Below are positions 1-12,525 of a DNA stretch of 64,000 bases, piece by piece; positions within the stretch are counted from its first letter, which is position 1; every line of letters starts with the position of its first letter. The notes beneath the pieces are model-generated. The model saw only the letters and a program-made list of their open reading frames with translations, searched no databases and was not told the DNA's origin. The stretch spans positions 175,152,001 through 175,216,000 of the forward strand of contig NC_058368.1 in the NCBI RefSeq assembly GCF_018350175.1. Reading direction: 5' to 3'. Position numbers and translations under genes: made by a program. This stretch comes from Felis catus. Lineage: Eukaryota.

Positions 1-84
1 CAGAAGATCTAAAGTGGGCCTGAGCCAAGATCATGACCTGAGCCTAAGTCGAACGCTTAACCAACTGAGACACCCAGGTGTCCC
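1..84 (-). mobile_element. CAN-SINE (SINEC), 5' part, cut by window edge
   Basis: gatcatgacctgagcc...cttaaccaactgagacacccaggtgtccc is the reverse complement of the SINEC tRNA-like head. Confidence 0.9.
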
Positions 85-300
85 AAGAGACTCTTAAATA
101 TAGAGAAGAAACTGAGGGCTACTGGAGGGGAGATGGGTGGGGGGGGGATGGGCTAAATGGGTGATGGGCGTTAAGGAGGGCACTTGTTGGGATGAGCACT
201 GGGTGTTCAAGGAAGTGATGAATCACTGGGTTCTACTCCCGAACCCAATACTACACTGCACTATGTGTTGACTAACTTGAATCCAAATTTAAACAACTAA
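85..300 (+). mobile_element. Carnivore L1 3' UTR end
   Basis: aagagactcttaaatatagagaagaaactgagggct...gatgagcactgggtgtt...gatgaatcactgg is typical of L1_Carn/L1_Fc 3' termini; followed by an A-rich tail. Confidence 0.8.
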
Positions 301-302
301 CT

Positions 303-360
303 AAATAGATAGACAAATAGATAGATAATACATAGATAAATAGATAGATAGACAGATAGA
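303..360 (+). repeat. (ATAG)n-type microsatellite at the L1 tail
   Basis: Imperfect atagatagac/atagata repeats seen directly. Confidence 0.9.
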
Positions 361-927
361 ACCTTCTAGCCCGAATTCTTTACGGAGCGCTTTAGGGGAT
401 GTGAATGTGTAAACCCAAGCAAGGAGTGTGCAGTGGGCATGTAAGGATCTGTTAGAATTTTGCAAAATGCAAATCAGACCATCAGCGCCTAAGCTCCCCA
501 AATCAAGTTACAACAGCTTTGACCCTCCCTTTCCCGCTCTGCTCGCCTCAGCTCCTCAGCTACAACTGTGACGTGACAATTCTGTGGCAACTGCCACCAG
601 ACTTACTGGAAAACTTACTAACGGAGAGCCTTTCCCAGAGACAGGTGACAACGGCCTTTCTCTCATACTCTGTGGACCCACACACAATGCCCGTGCATCG
701 TACGTGCCCACAGAGCCTGTGTGCTGTGCCCCCCAGGTCCTCCAGGGGAGCCCCAGGACTGGCCCACAGGACTCATAAAGCATCTACTGAATGCTCGGCC
801 TTACTGAGTATTACTGATGATACGAAAAGGTAGGGAAGTAAGCCTAACTCGTTCCATTCTAGGAAGTGTTACGCTATGGTGAAAATAGATGAGGGATGTT
901 GGAGACAAATGAATTCCATCTTGACCC

Positions 928-1058
928 CCATCTTGGTCAGCTTGCGCTGCTATAACAAAACAACACAGACGGGGTGGTTCACCCCACACAAACTTATTTC
1001 TCACCCTTCTGGAGACTGGAAGTCAAAGATCAAGGTGAGGGCCATCCGGTTCCTGGTG
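928..1058 (-). mobile_element. MaLR LTR fragment (MLT1A-C/MST-like)
   Basis: gctgctataacaaaacaacacagac...ttatttctcacccttctggagactggaagtcaaagatcaaggtg matches the reverse complement of the MaLR LTR 3' end. Confidence 0.8.
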
Positions 1059-1124
1059 CTCCCAGCCTGTCCTGTGTGTGTGCCCTGCTTATGTCGCCTA
1101 GCCTCCCCACCTCACCTCTCGTCA

Positions 1125-1280
1125 CACGGTACTGTGGTTGCCTACCTCATCGCCTGCCTTCTCCACAAGACAAGAAGCCCCTCACGGCCAAGAGACTGGC
1201 CTCGTTCGTTTCCAGAACCTCAGCACCTAGCAAAGCGGCAAGTTCATGGTAGGTGCTCAATAATGGTTAATAAAATGTGG
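1125..1280 (+). mobile_element. L2 3' end fragment
   Basis: cagcacctagca...ggtaggtgctcaataatggtt resembles the L2 terminus. Confidence 0.65.
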
Positions 1281-1520
1281 TCCTAAGCAGGCTGGTTCAT
1301 CTCCCTCTGGGATTTAGATTCCTCATCTGGAAAACCAGGGCTGTTGTGGGGATGAAATGAGGGGACAAGGCTTCCCACCTGACATGAGGTGGGTGCTCAG
1401 CATGTCCTCGTGTCTCTTCCCTTTTCCTTTTCCCCCGAAGTTCTTGCTGGAGATCCCAGACTCCTTGACGTGATATGAATGCAAGACAGGAGAAAGCCAC
1501 GCTGAAGACTGTGCAGTCTT

Positions 1521-1760
1521 TTTATTTTTTATATTATATTTTTATTTTTTTATATGTCTATTTCCGAGAGAGAGAGGGAGGGAGAGAAACAGAGCACCAG
1601 TGGGGCGGGGCAGAGAAAGGGACACACAGAATCCAAAGCAGGCTCCAGGCTCTGAGCTGTCAGTACAGAGTCCGACACGAGACCCGAACCCACAAACTGT
1701 GAGATCATGACCTGAGCCGAAGTCGGACACTTAGCCGACTGAGCCACCCGGGAGCCCCCC
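1521..1760 (-). mobile_element. CAN-SINE
   Basis: Full body with (GA)n tract and T-tail; TSD tgcagtctt at 1512-1520 and 1763-1771. Confidence 0.95.
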
Positions 1761-1884
1761 CATGCAGTCTTGATACTAAGAGGTTTAGGGAAGATTTTCT
1801 GAAATTAGTTGAGCCTGGGGCAGGGGTGCAAAATCACTAGGGTTGCCTACTGGGTTACTACCCCACATTTCTCACATTTTTAAA

Positions 1885-2865
1885 TCTTTTTATTTTTTAC
1901 TGCGGCAAAATATACATAACATAAAATCTGCCGTTTTAATTTTCAATTTTTTTAAGTTTATTTATTTATTTTGAGAGCGGGGGAGCAAGGGCAGAGAGAA
2001 AGGGAGAGAGAGAACCCCAAGCAGGCTCTATACTGTCGGAGCACAGAGCCCAACACAGGGTTCCGTCTCACGAACTGTGAGATCATGACCTGAGCCAAAA
2101 TCGAAGTAGGACGCATAACCAACTGAACCACCCCGGTGCCCCTAAAATTTGCCCTTTTAACCATTTTGAAGTGTTCAGTAGCATTGAGTACAAGGGCAGT
2201 AACACGCAACCATGATCTCTATCCATTTCTAGAACTTTTTCGTCTCAGACTGAAACTTTGGCCCCATCAAACAATAACTCCCCACTCCCCATCCCGCCCC
2301 CAGGCCCAGCCCCTGGAAACCACCACTCTACTGTCTCTCAGTATGAATGCGACTATTCTAGGAACTTCTATCAGTGGAATCATACAGCTTTTGTTCTTTG
2401 ATGTCTAGCTTGTTTCACCGAGCACAACATCCTCAAGGTTCACGTATCTTACAGCATGGGGCAACATGTCCTTCCTCTCTACAGCTGAGTGGTAGCCCAG
2501 TGGATGTATACGTCACATTCTGTGTCCCCGTGAATCCATCCGTGGACCCTCGACTTGCTTCTACTTTGGGTTATTGTGAATAACGCTGCTTATGAACGTG
2601 GGTGTGCGCGTACTTGTTGTGTTCCATTCTTTCCATTCTTTGTCCATTCTTCCGGGTATAGACCCCAAAGTGGAGTTGCTGGATCGTACGGCAAGCCTAT
2701 GTTTAATTTGGGGTGGGGGGAACCTCCCTACCGCTTTCCACAATGGCTGCGCCATTTTACATCCCCACCGACAAACGCCCAAGGGTTCCAACTCCTACGC
2801 GAGTTCTCCAGCGTTGGTTATTTTCTGCTTTTGTTTTTCCTTTTACCACAGCCGTCCTAATGGCA
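1885..2865 (-). mobile_element. L1MB-type 3' fragment (3' UTR plus end of ORF2), interrupted by a SINE
   Basis: ORF 2561-2791(-) WGCKMAQPLWKAV resembles the L1 ORF2 C-terminus; 3' UTR motifs ggaatcatacag and caccactctactgtct. Confidence 0.85.
1940..2142 (-). mobile_element. CAN-SINE nested in L1MB
   Basis: Degenerate TSD taaaatctgccgttttaa (1922-1939) / taaaatttgcccttttaa (2143-2160). Confidence 0.92.
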
Positions 2866-2914
2866 TTTCCCAGATGCTGAGGCACCGCTCTAGCAGTCCT
2901 CCAAACCTCTGTCT

Positions 2915-3300
2915 ACATGCACTCAGCAAGAATTCATTTAGAACTTCCAACGCACAGGCACCGGTGTGATTGTGGGGCCAGAGGAGCAAACCAAAGGAGT
3001 TCCCTCCACTGACTTTCTAATGGGGAGCGAAAAAATAAGCAAATCTAAGCAAATAACAAACAACCCGTCAGATGGTGATATGTCCTGCGAAGAACAATAT
3101 AAAGCCAGGGTGCGGGGATAGCGTGATCATGGGTTGGGGGAGGACGCGAGAGGATAGGATTTCAGATTTGTTTGTAATGAAAGCCTGGCCCTCTGCGAGA
3201 CTGGTTTTTAACTGCATTTGAGAATTAAGGAAACCGAAGCTCGGAGAGGGTATGTGACTTGGCAAGTCTGGGCAGCTAAGGTGAGAATTCAGCCTCAGAT
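2915..3300 (-). mobile_element. L2 fragment followed by a MIR fragment
   Basis: L2-like cagatggtgatatgtcctgcgaagaacaat; MIR core-like ggaaaccgaagctcggagagggtatgtgacttgg. Confidence 0.55.
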
Positions 3301-4164
3301 GTGCCTTCGAGACAACTCAGTAAGCTGCATACTTCAGATGTGTGTACTTCGTGCTATGTGTGTTATTCTTCCACAAACAGTCTTAAAAATTACAGCGCTT
3401 TGCTTCAGAATTTGTCATTTTTAAAGGACACTGCGCATCGTCTGCCTCCTGTTACCGTGGGAGAGCTGAGGGCGCAAAGTGTTGGGTTCAGAAGATGGAA
3501 AGATTTGAACCAAAACGGGTTGGAACCGCCGGATGACTGGAAGGGGGCCATGGGGACCGCGGCCATGAGCTTCGCTGTTGCATTTGATTACCCGCTGGGC
3601 TGGGTCCAGGGTCCAGCTCCTCGCCCTTTACTCTGCTCTGTGGCTGCGGACACCGGGCTTTTCCTCAGAGGCCACTCAGGAGACAGCAAATGGCGAAGGG
3701 CCTTTCCCCTCACTGCAGTCCCACTCCCAGTCGGCATGCCTAACCCAATAGCACTGGGCAAACCCAGGGGAGACCTGGTTTCCTGGAGAGATGAATCATG
3801 GTAAGCGCTGCAAGGTTACAAATGAGGTCAGGCAGTCACTCAGAAGTTGCAATAAAGTTTGGAATCTGAAATAAAGGCCTCCCCAGGCTCAGGAAATCGA
3901 ATGGCTGCCCACAAGGGTGTTTGCAGACAAACTCTCTGCGGGTCACCAGCCTGTGCCTGCAGGGACCACGTGACTCATTCTCTAAAGGGCGCTTCTGGCT
4001 GCTGCGAATGATTTACCCGTGGGTCCCCGAGGCTCAGGCCGCGCTGGAAGATTGACACAGCGACAGAGGCAGACTTTTAGATAAGATCTCGTGGTTGGGG
4101 TTGGTGGGGACAAGATATGTAGGAGGGTTTCCTCATCATAGAGCTTACTGGGGTGTCGGACTCC

Positions 4165-4860
4165 ATTCGTTCGTGCGTTCGTTCATTCATTCATTCATTC
4201 ATGAAGGTTTTTTAAATTTTTTTTTAATGTTTATTTATTTTTGAAGGAGAGAGAGAGAGAGAGAGAGAGTGGGGGAGGGGCAGAGAGAGAGGGAGACACA
4301 GAACCCGAAGAAGGCCCCAGGTTCCAAGCCATCAGCACAGAGCCCGACGCGGGGCTCGGACTCACGAGCTGCGAGATCATGACCTGAGCCGAAGTCGGAC
4401 GCTCAATTGACTGAGCCACCCAGACGCCCCGTTCATGAAGGTTTTTTAGTACCGAATAGGTACCAGACTCTAAGTTACCACAATATAATGTGGCAGAAGA
4501 CATTGTCTCCGCTCTCAGGGGCTCACACCTTCCAGAGGGGGAGGCCAGCCTGTTCGTAGGCCCCTGTAACAGTGAGACAGGTGTTCCGATGGAGGGAAGC
4601 ATTTGGGGCTTGGGATACTGGGTGTATGTGGGGGGTGCAAGGGACGTGTCCCAGCAGAAGTGAGGTCCAGGATACGTTTGGAGAGAACATGATGTGCAAA
4701 GACACCGTGGCATGAGATCCTGGTGCATTTGGTACAGAGGATGGAGGAAGGCCTAGAACAGAACAGGGCCCAGGACGTGATGCCATGCTGAAGATGAGAC
4801 AGGAAATGACGTGGGGACCCTTGTGTTTTAAGATGATGGGCATGAAGGGTGTTGGAGGAG
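4165..4860 (-). mobile_element. L2 3' fragment with (CATT)n end, interrupted by a SINE
   Basis: ttcattcattc...tagtaccgaataggtaccagac...gtgcaaagacaccgtggcatgaga. Confidence 0.6.
4215..4430 (-). mobile_element. CAN-SINE
   Basis: TSD ttcatgaaggtttttta at 4198-4214 and 4432-4448. Confidence 0.95.
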
Positions 4861-5322
4861 GAGGGACTGGAGGCAGGAACCCCAGGGAGGCGGCCGGTTC
4901 ACAAGGGGGGAAGTGAATGGTGGGAACAGAGGTGAAGCAAAGTGATAATAGATTCAAAGGGCTGTAATTGACCTCCCTTGACAATGACTGAGAGGAGTCC
5001 AGGATACCTGGGGAACCAGGAGCAGAAGGAAGTTTGGAGACGGTTGAGGACGATCCTGGGTACGGGCACTTGGGTGACGGGTGGGGCCCATTTGTAACAC
5101 AGGACGATAGTGTCTTCGGGGGGCTGTGACACTGTGCGGGTGGAAGATGTAGTCCGTGTGGGGGCCCAGCACATGCGCTCGGGTTCACCAAATCATCATT
5201 GCATTTCCGTGAGGGAGAAGGCACAAAACCACGTGTGAAAAATGTGAGATCCGATTTGTGGCTGTCTCTTCTCCTGTCATCGGGAACGGGCTTCCGAGGC
5301 CCATAGACAAGAGGAGCCTCTT

Positions 5323-5552
5323 TTTTTTTTTTTTTTTAATTTTTTTTTTCAACGTTTATTTATTTTTGGGACAGAGAGAGACAGAGCATGAACGGGGGAG
5401 AGGCAGAGAGAGAGGGAGACACAGAATCTGAAACAGGCTCCAGGCTCTGAGCCGTCAGCCCAGAGCCTGACGCGGGGCTCGAACTCACGGACCGCGAGAT
5501 CGTGACCTGGCTGAAGTCGGACGCTTAACCGACTGCGCCACCCAGGCGCCCC
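5323..5552 (-). mobile_element. Young felid CAN-SINE (SINEC_Fc type)
   Basis: Near-consensus body with CpGs intact; TSD aagaggagcctctt at 5309-5322 and 5553-5566. Confidence 0.97.
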
Positions 5553-6827
5553 AAGAGGAGCCTCTTAAAGACACAGGCTCCTTACTCTTTTTCGGCGTGG
5601 GGAGCACAAGGTCACAGCAATCACCGGTATACGTGTCTGGCTCCCCCTCTGCTCTGGCCAGGCAAGAAGCGCGTCGGGCTCACCCCTGCATCCTGAGCAC
5701 ATGACAGCAGGTCACCAGAAATACCCGCTGAATGGACAGAGAAGTGAGGGTGGCGCTGTCCGGAAGGGAGGCTGGTGGGTACGTGGACCCTACTCCCAAC
5801 CCCAGGAGAAAAGCCTGCATGGAGATGGTTGTGAATGTGGGAGTCGTCAGCATCCAATAAATGCATGTGAATTCAAATCTGTTCAGGATCCTCCCTGCAG
5901 ACTCCTGGCTAGGAGGGCATCTGCCTTTCCATGACATCCCATCCTCTCCTGGCAAGGCCATGCCTTCCCCCTGGAGTTGGGCACCATTGGACCTGACCTA
6001 CAGCAAAATCTGGTCGGAGTCCTCTTGGGACAACCGATGCGTTCTTCTGTCCCTTGCTTCTCCCCAGCGTGGCAACCTCGGGTGGTAAAAAGGACCTAGA
6101 TTTTGGAGGTGGGCAGATGTGCCCTGGAATCTGGCTCCAACCTCACAAGCGAAGTTTTCTAGTAAGTTTATCCACCGTCCTGAGCCTTAGGTATTCTCCT
6201 TATAGAATGGGGATATGGCTACCCAGAGGTTCGCTAGCAAAGCCCTGCAGCCAAGTTGGGAAACGCGTGGGGGCTGAGGTAGAGGGTCTTACCCTGACTC
6301 TTAGACTCCAGAGACCTCAGGCAAGTGACTCCCAGCTCTGTGCCACTTCTCCAGGGGGCACGTGAATAGCACCAGCCTCATCAGTTATAATGAGGGTTTG
6401 ATGAGTCTGGGCCCAGCTCCTAGTCAACATCACCACATGGCAGCTATTACCATCATCGAGTAGAATTCTATATGGAAGTGCTACGACTCTCAGTAAGCGC
6501 CCCATAAATGAAAGAATCCCCTCCGCCTTTATTGTTAACCTTGAGTCTTCTCTTCTTAGACAATTTACCGTCCGCTCCCTGTCGACGACACACCTAACTG
6601 CAGAAGAACTTCTCAGCGTGTGCCAAGGCCAAGGAGGAAAATGGCTGGAATGTGGAAGGCTGCTTGGGACAGTGGGATCTCTGCAGTGAACTTGCAGTGC
6701 AAGGAAGCTGAGGTCAAACCTCAGTTCTACGACATCCTACCCCCAGGAGGCTTGTCCTCTCGCTCTCGCGTGAGTTTTGCTCCGCTGAGCCTCGGTTTAC
6801 TCATCTGTTAAATGGGGATGACAGTTC

Positions 6828-7030
6828 TTTTTTCAAAAGCTTATTCATTTATTTTGAAAGAGAGAGAGAGAGAGAGTGTGAGCGTGGGCGGGGGAGGGGC
6901 AGAGAGAGAGGGAGAGAGAGATGCTCAAGCAGGCTCGTGCTGTCAGCCCCGAGCCGGACGACCGTGGGATCGTGACCAGAACCGAAGCCAAGAGTCAGAC
7001 CCTTAACTGACTGAACCACCCAGGTGCCCC
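6828..7030 (-). mobile_element. CAN-SINE (older subfamily) inserted in a MIR
   Basis: SINE head gactgaaccacccaggtgcccc; the flanks ctcggtttactcatctgttaaatgggga and ttccctcataag form a split MIR core. Confidence 0.9.
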
Positions 7031-7249
7031 AGGGTAATGATTCTTCCCTCATAAGAAGGCCATGGAGGTTATGAGCTAACGGGATGGTGTAGCTCTCGTT
7101 CTCCAAAAACAAAGACCGAGACTGAGGAGCTGTGGAGCACGAGATGTTTACCGAGGGCACCGCCGGTGGAAAGAGGGGCAGCTGGGGAAAGACACATTGC
7201 GGTGCAGGCCCAACAGAGCCTTGGTCAACGGAGCAGAGGGTTTGCGATA

Positions 7250-7480
7250 AGGGCGGCCATTACAGTGTCCCCCACCTCGGGGTCCTTACACCCCTGCCGT
7301 GCTCAGTCACCGTTTGCAAGCAGGGGGCAGGGGGTGAGCTCGGGTGATGACTGAGGCAGACCCTGAAGGATCCGAGAGCAGGACACGGTCTGTGGATCAG
7401 ATCCCCACGGCTGGGCAGTAAGTCCCGCCCTGAAGGCGGATTTGGGGGGGGCACCTCCTTTTGTCCACTCCCCGAGGGGA
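7250..7480. mobile_element. Possible old ERVL LTR fragment (LTR16/LTR33-like)
   Basis: cttacacccctgccgtgctcagtcac and gaggcagaccctgaagga motifs; recall-based only. Confidence 0.35.
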
Positions 7481-8207
7481 GTCCCTGGCATAGGACAGGT
7501 CTTAATCTGTAGTGAGTCTCAATCTGTAGCTGGTTGTGTTTTGGAGTATTAGCAAAGGCTAGCACCGGGTCACTCAATGACCGTCGGGAGCCTAAAAGGG
7601 TTATGGATACTATTGTTTCTTTGTTCCCTTCTGAATTTCTGCCGAAGAGCCTCTTGGTGATCCCCACTCCTACATCCAAGTACTGGGGCTCCTCCTTGCC
7701 AACGTGATTTCGCGGCCGTTCCCCTGGCTTCCGTGGTGGAGGGGCTGTGGTCCACCACCTTCCAGTCTTCCCGGGGCTCTGATGGGTTCAGTGGGCAAAC
7801 CTCTTCTTGGTAACAAACAACCTGGAACAAACCACGGCAGAGAGCAATGTGGTGTCTTCCTTCACCCTAATCGACACCACCCCCACCATATACACTCAAC
7901 GTACCACAAATCCAGCAACATCCAGCCCCAGATGAACCCGTGCCCCGAAGCCACAAGCACGCCATGCCGAATTCACACCGCAGGCACGCCCACCCAACCC
8001 CAAATCCCCCAAACAAGCCCTGTTTGAGGTTCATCAAAGATACCAGCATTTCTTTTCAAACGCTTTGGGTTTGAGAAAACCCCGAGCAAATTTGGCCAAA
8101 CTGTTCGTACTCTTTGGTTCATGCGTAATTTAAGGGAAATTCAAGCCACGTGTTGCTGGTTTGTTCGCCATTAGATTCTCCCGGTGACTGCTGAAGAAGC
8201 CTTTCCT

Positions 8208-8425
8208 GGGGCCTGGGTGGCTCAGTCGGCTGAGCATCCGACTTTGGCTCAGGTCATGATCTCATGGTTTCTCGGTTCGGGCCCCATGTCGGCCTCTGTG
8301 CTGACAGCTCAGAGCCTGGAGCCTGCTTCGGATTCTGTGTCCCCCTCTCTCTGCCCTTCCCCTGTTCTCACTCTGTCTCTCTTTCTCTCAAAAATAAAAT
8401 AAACATTAATTTAAAAAAAAGAAAA
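8208..8425 (+). mobile_element. CAN-SINE
   Basis: TSD aagaagcctttcct at 8194-8207 and 8426-8439. Confidence 0.95.
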
Positions 8426-9586
8426 AAGAAGCCTTTCCTATCTCCAGGGCTTTGTCTGATGCAGATGCTTTCTGGACAACATGGAGTAGCAGTTCTTAAA
8501 ATTTGGAGGGAGTGGTAGAACTGGGAATCATCTTTTTAGAAAAAAACACGTGTATGCAAAACTCTGGATCTAATTTCAAAAGGTTTACAGACCTTCTTGA
8601 GGCCAGGTGAAGATCCCAGACTCTGGGAGCCAGAGTTGCCTTTTAAAAATCAAGAAGGAAATAGTAGAAAAACCCAGGTTTGAAACGTCAATCCCACTGC
8701 TGACTACATATGCTCCTCTAATCATAAAACACCTGTCCAGCCTCCAGGGTCTCTGAGACTCAGTTTCCCCATTCCTAAAGTATGGTGAATAATACACAAC
8801 ACAGCTATTTCAAAGATTAAAAGCAGTAAGAACTGCAAAATGGTGTGGGATAACCAGTCAGGACTGGGAACTTCCAATTCATATCATAACAGGATTTTTC
8901 GATGCGAAGGATGCCGCCTGGTCACCTTTAATGGATCTGAGCCTCTTCCAGATTTCTTCATCACATTTTTGGAAGTCAGTTTCCTGGGTCATGGCTGAAA
9001 ATGTCTGACCTCATTCATCAGGTATATTTAAAATAATATAATTTGGATTTTCTTATTGATAATAATTTTACGAAGAAATATCTGTTCTTTTTAGGAAAAA
9101 ATTATAAAATGCAAAACTACCAGCAGAAAATGAAAATCTTCCACCAATGTATCGATCTAAAGAAACTGTGAATATTCTGACATGTTTATAAACAGTGATA
9201 TAAATGCAAATATAACCCCAAGTTTCCACACCAGCCTATGTGTACCCATCAACATCAAATGAGGTCCCATCAACTTAAGTACAGGTATCTTGGCCCCCAT
9301 CTGCCATTCTCCCTGACATATTTCGGGGGGCCAGGGGGAATCTCAGATAAGCTCACAATAGGGCCCTCATAATCTGCTATTCTGTAACCATTACTCTGTG
9401 CCCTATTTAGGAAACATCTCCAGGGCAGTTCCCACCTTGGTCTCTGCTGTCCGCGTCGGTGCCCTCTGAGGCAATGGTGACATCTGGGCCAAAGGCCCGT
9501 CTTCTGATGCCCCTGAGGGACCTGAAGCCACCCTACGTTTCAGAAACCTTCACTGAACCCGGGCCAGAGAGCTGTGCAGAGAAGTG

Positions 9587-10325
9587 TGTGATACTGTGAT
9601 TTATGATAAAAGTCTATGTCTTTGATTTTTGCTGTTTCTGGCCGAGAACTCCGAAAACGCTTGGAATTTCCCAGGTGGTGAGAGAAATAAAGGTGTCTTG
9701 TGTTATGTTAATGAGATGACTCTAGGACCCCACCTGAGGTTGGGACTGGTTGCCAGAGTTGGAAGAGGGTTGGAACTCTCCAGCGTCCGGGGAGGGGAGA
9801 CGGGCTGGAGGTTGAACGTGTTGCCGATGGCCAACGATTTCCTCAACCATGCCTATGTAGGAAGGCCTCCATAAAACCTGGAAGGACGGGGTTTGGAAGG
9901 CTCCTGGTTGGTGAACACTTGGGATATGAGAACAGCAGAAGACACTCCTTTTACCACAAACTGGTGATCCAGTAAGTAAGCTGCCTTCCTGAATTCTGTG
10001 AGCCACTCCAGCAGATTAATCCAGCCCAAAGAGGGGGTTGTGAGAACCTCCCAGCTATGGCCTGTTGGTCAGAAGCCCAAGTGACAAGCTGGACTTGTGA
10101 CTGGAATCTGAAGGACTGTGTGTGGGGGGTGGGGGGGTGGGGGGGTGGGGCTGGGGGGGGTGTCTTATAGGACCGGGCCTGTCACCTGTGGGATCTGACG
10201 CTCTCTTCAGGTAGAGAGTGTCAGAGTTGAGTTTCACTACCAGACACACAGCTGGTGTCGCAGAATTGATGGATGAGTGTGGAAAAGACCCACATGCGTC
10301 GGAATTGGTGATCAGAACCACTGAG
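9587..10325 (+). mobile_element. MER21-family LTR (ERVL), solo
   Basis: Starts tgtgatactgtgatttatgataa; contains ggaatttcc, ctgaattctgtgagccactccagca, gggatctgacgctctcttcaggtaga and cagctggtgtc motifs typical of MER21B/C. Confidence 0.85.
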
Positions 10326-10818
10326 GTGGGAAAGGCCCCTCTTCTCCATGCTCTGCTCGTCGGCACCAGGTCACAGAGTCCTTGCACACAGCTCTTTCCA
10401 CGGCCGCAAGAGGACTCCTTTTCTCACCAGGACCTGTAGGACAGACCAAGGGGGTTCCGGGCAGGGTGCAGTCCTTCCCCTCAGTCCCTCCCATTTCTTT
10501 CCCAAATCTCCTCTCTGGTGTCTCCTCTCCTCCACTGAGACAAACTCACACAGTTAGACACTTGTTTCATGAGTTCATTTAACACACAGAGACATGTCTA
10601 CACCCGGTGGTCCCACGAGCTTTCTCTGTGACTGGCAAGCCAAGTGCCCTCGCCAAAGATCAGCCTTCTCATTCACAAATGGATTTTCCCCAAGGTTTCT
10701 TTCACATGTCCAACTCTTCAATCGAAAAGTCAATGTTTTTCATGCCCTTGGAACAGAAAGTCTTACCTAAGAAGGAAAGGCATGCCCTCAGTGAACGGTC
10801 AAGGTCAAGCCCTTATAA

Positions 10819-11030
10819 CAAGGGTTGCAAACTGGTGGCCTCTGGGCTGAATCTGCTCATAGACTTGTTTTGTTTGGCCAATACCACCCTCTGAAATTAG
10901 ATTTGAATCCTTTAGCCGCACACTCTTCAGTTGGCCCTACGACGATCGCCACGTTTTTCATGGTCATTTAGTCTTCCCATTGTGTTGCAGTACCTGACTT
11001 CCAAAGTCCTTTGATTTGGCTACGTGCTTT
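10819..11030. mobile_element. hAT-Charlie non-autonomous element (MER102-like), opposite orientation to the copies at 54.7 and 59.8 kb
   Basis: agggttgcaaactggtggcc...gttttgtttggcc terminal region. Confidence 0.6.
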
Positions 11031-11239
11031 ATGTCTCAGCCAGTGACTCTGGTCTTACCCATTTGACTTCAAATTAATTAATCAATCAACTAATCAGACT
11101 GATCGAGTGCTTAGAGGGTCCTCCTACGCGCTGAGTTCTGTTTCATAGCGAGGCAGGAGAGACAGACAAGTAACGCATAGGGACATACGCCTCAACAAAC
11201 AGGAAAATAGTGGATAACGATAAGGACTATAATAAAGAT

Positions 11240-12230
11240 ATTATGTAAGTGTGTTCCCAGAGTGTGCATCCATCACCACAATTAATGTTAGAACATTTTC
11301 GTTATCCCAAAAAAGAAACTCTGCACTTCTTAGCCACCATTCCCTCAATCTCCTCACCATCCCCCTACCCCTGACAGTCATTGACCTACTAGTCATCTCT
11401 ATAGACTTTTCCTCTTTGGCCTCGCATAGAAATGAAGTCATACAATCTATGGTTTTGTTGGTAGCTTTTGTGTAGCGTCATGTGCTTAAGGTTCATTCCT
11501 TTTCACTCCTTCCTTCATTCCCTTTCATGGTGGCTGAATAATATTTCATTGCATGGCTATCTATTACCTGTTTATCTATTTGTCTCTTGATTTGGGCTGC
11601 TTTCATTCTTTGCCTGTTGTGAATAATGCTGCTATAAACATTGACATACAAATTTGTGTGCGGACATAGGCTTTCATTTCTCTTCGGTAGATATTCAGAA
11701 ATAGAATTGCTAGGTCGTATGGTAACTCTATGCATAACTTTCGGGGCCACTGACACACCATTTTCCAAAATAGCTGCACCATTTTACAATCTCAGCTGCA
11801 GCGTATGAAGGTTCCACTTTCTGCACATCCTTGCCAACCCTTGTTATTCTCTATCTTTTGATTTTAGCCGTACTCTGAATAGAAAGTGGTGTCTTGTTAT
11901 GGCTTTGATTTGCATCTCCCTGCTGGCTAATGATGTTGAGCATCTTTTCATGTGCTTTTCGTGTACATCTTCATAGAAATGACTGTTCAGATCTTTTGCC
12001 CATGTTTAAGTGTGTTATTAGTCTTTTTTTATTACCGAGTTAGAATAGTCGTTCATAGTCTAGATAAAAATTTGTTATCAGACGTGTAATTTGGAAATTT
12101 TTTTCTCCCATTTTGTGGGTTGCATTTTCATTTTCTTTAGGGTGTCCTTGAGCACAATTTTTTTTTTTTAATTTTGACCGTAATCGGTTTACCTGTTTTT
12201 CTTCTATTGCTTGTACTTTGGGTAACATGT
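11240..12230 (-). mobile_element. L1M (L1MB/MC-type) 3' fragment with decayed ORF2
   Basis: ORF 11493-11768(-) resembles a frameshifted L1 ORF2 end; gatttgcatctccctgctggctaatgatgttgagcatcttttcatgtgc is a classic L1 minus-strand segment. Confidence 0.9.
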
Positions 12231-12299
12231 CTATCTTTGTTTTTTCCCCCTCCTTTGCTTTTATGTACATTTTCCCCTTCCTGAACCTTCTACTTATCC

Positions 12300-12525
12300 T
12301 TTGGCAACTCTGTCTCAAAACGTCTCCTCTAGGCAACCTTCTCGAGTCCTCAAAATGGAGCTAGCGACCTTCCCTGTGTTCCCCACACCTCCAGCACTGT
12401 TGTACCTATCTACTTGCCCCTCTGTCCCGGTAGACTGGAACTCCTCGAGGGGAGGTCTTTCTTTTCCTTCCTGTTGAATGCCCCAGGCCTGGGACAGAGT
12501 AGCTCTCCATGTTGAAAGAAAGAAG
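12300..12525 (+). mobile_element. L2 3' fragment
   Basis: gtagactggaactcctcgaggggagg...ccccaggcctgggacagagtag. Confidence 0.55.

Noticed and set aside
4523..5224. 233-aa minus-strand ORF (also 25619-26221, 45003-45590, 59441-60130)
   Set aside because: They overlap L2, MaLR or MER relics or low-complexity DNA, have no recognisable domain, and have no supporting exon structure.
9190..9530. Possible ERVL integrase remnant next to the MER21 LTR (minus-strand CHHC...ADYEGP)
   Set aside because: Similarity too weak and spacing unconvincing by eye; a tBLASTn/HMM search would be needed.
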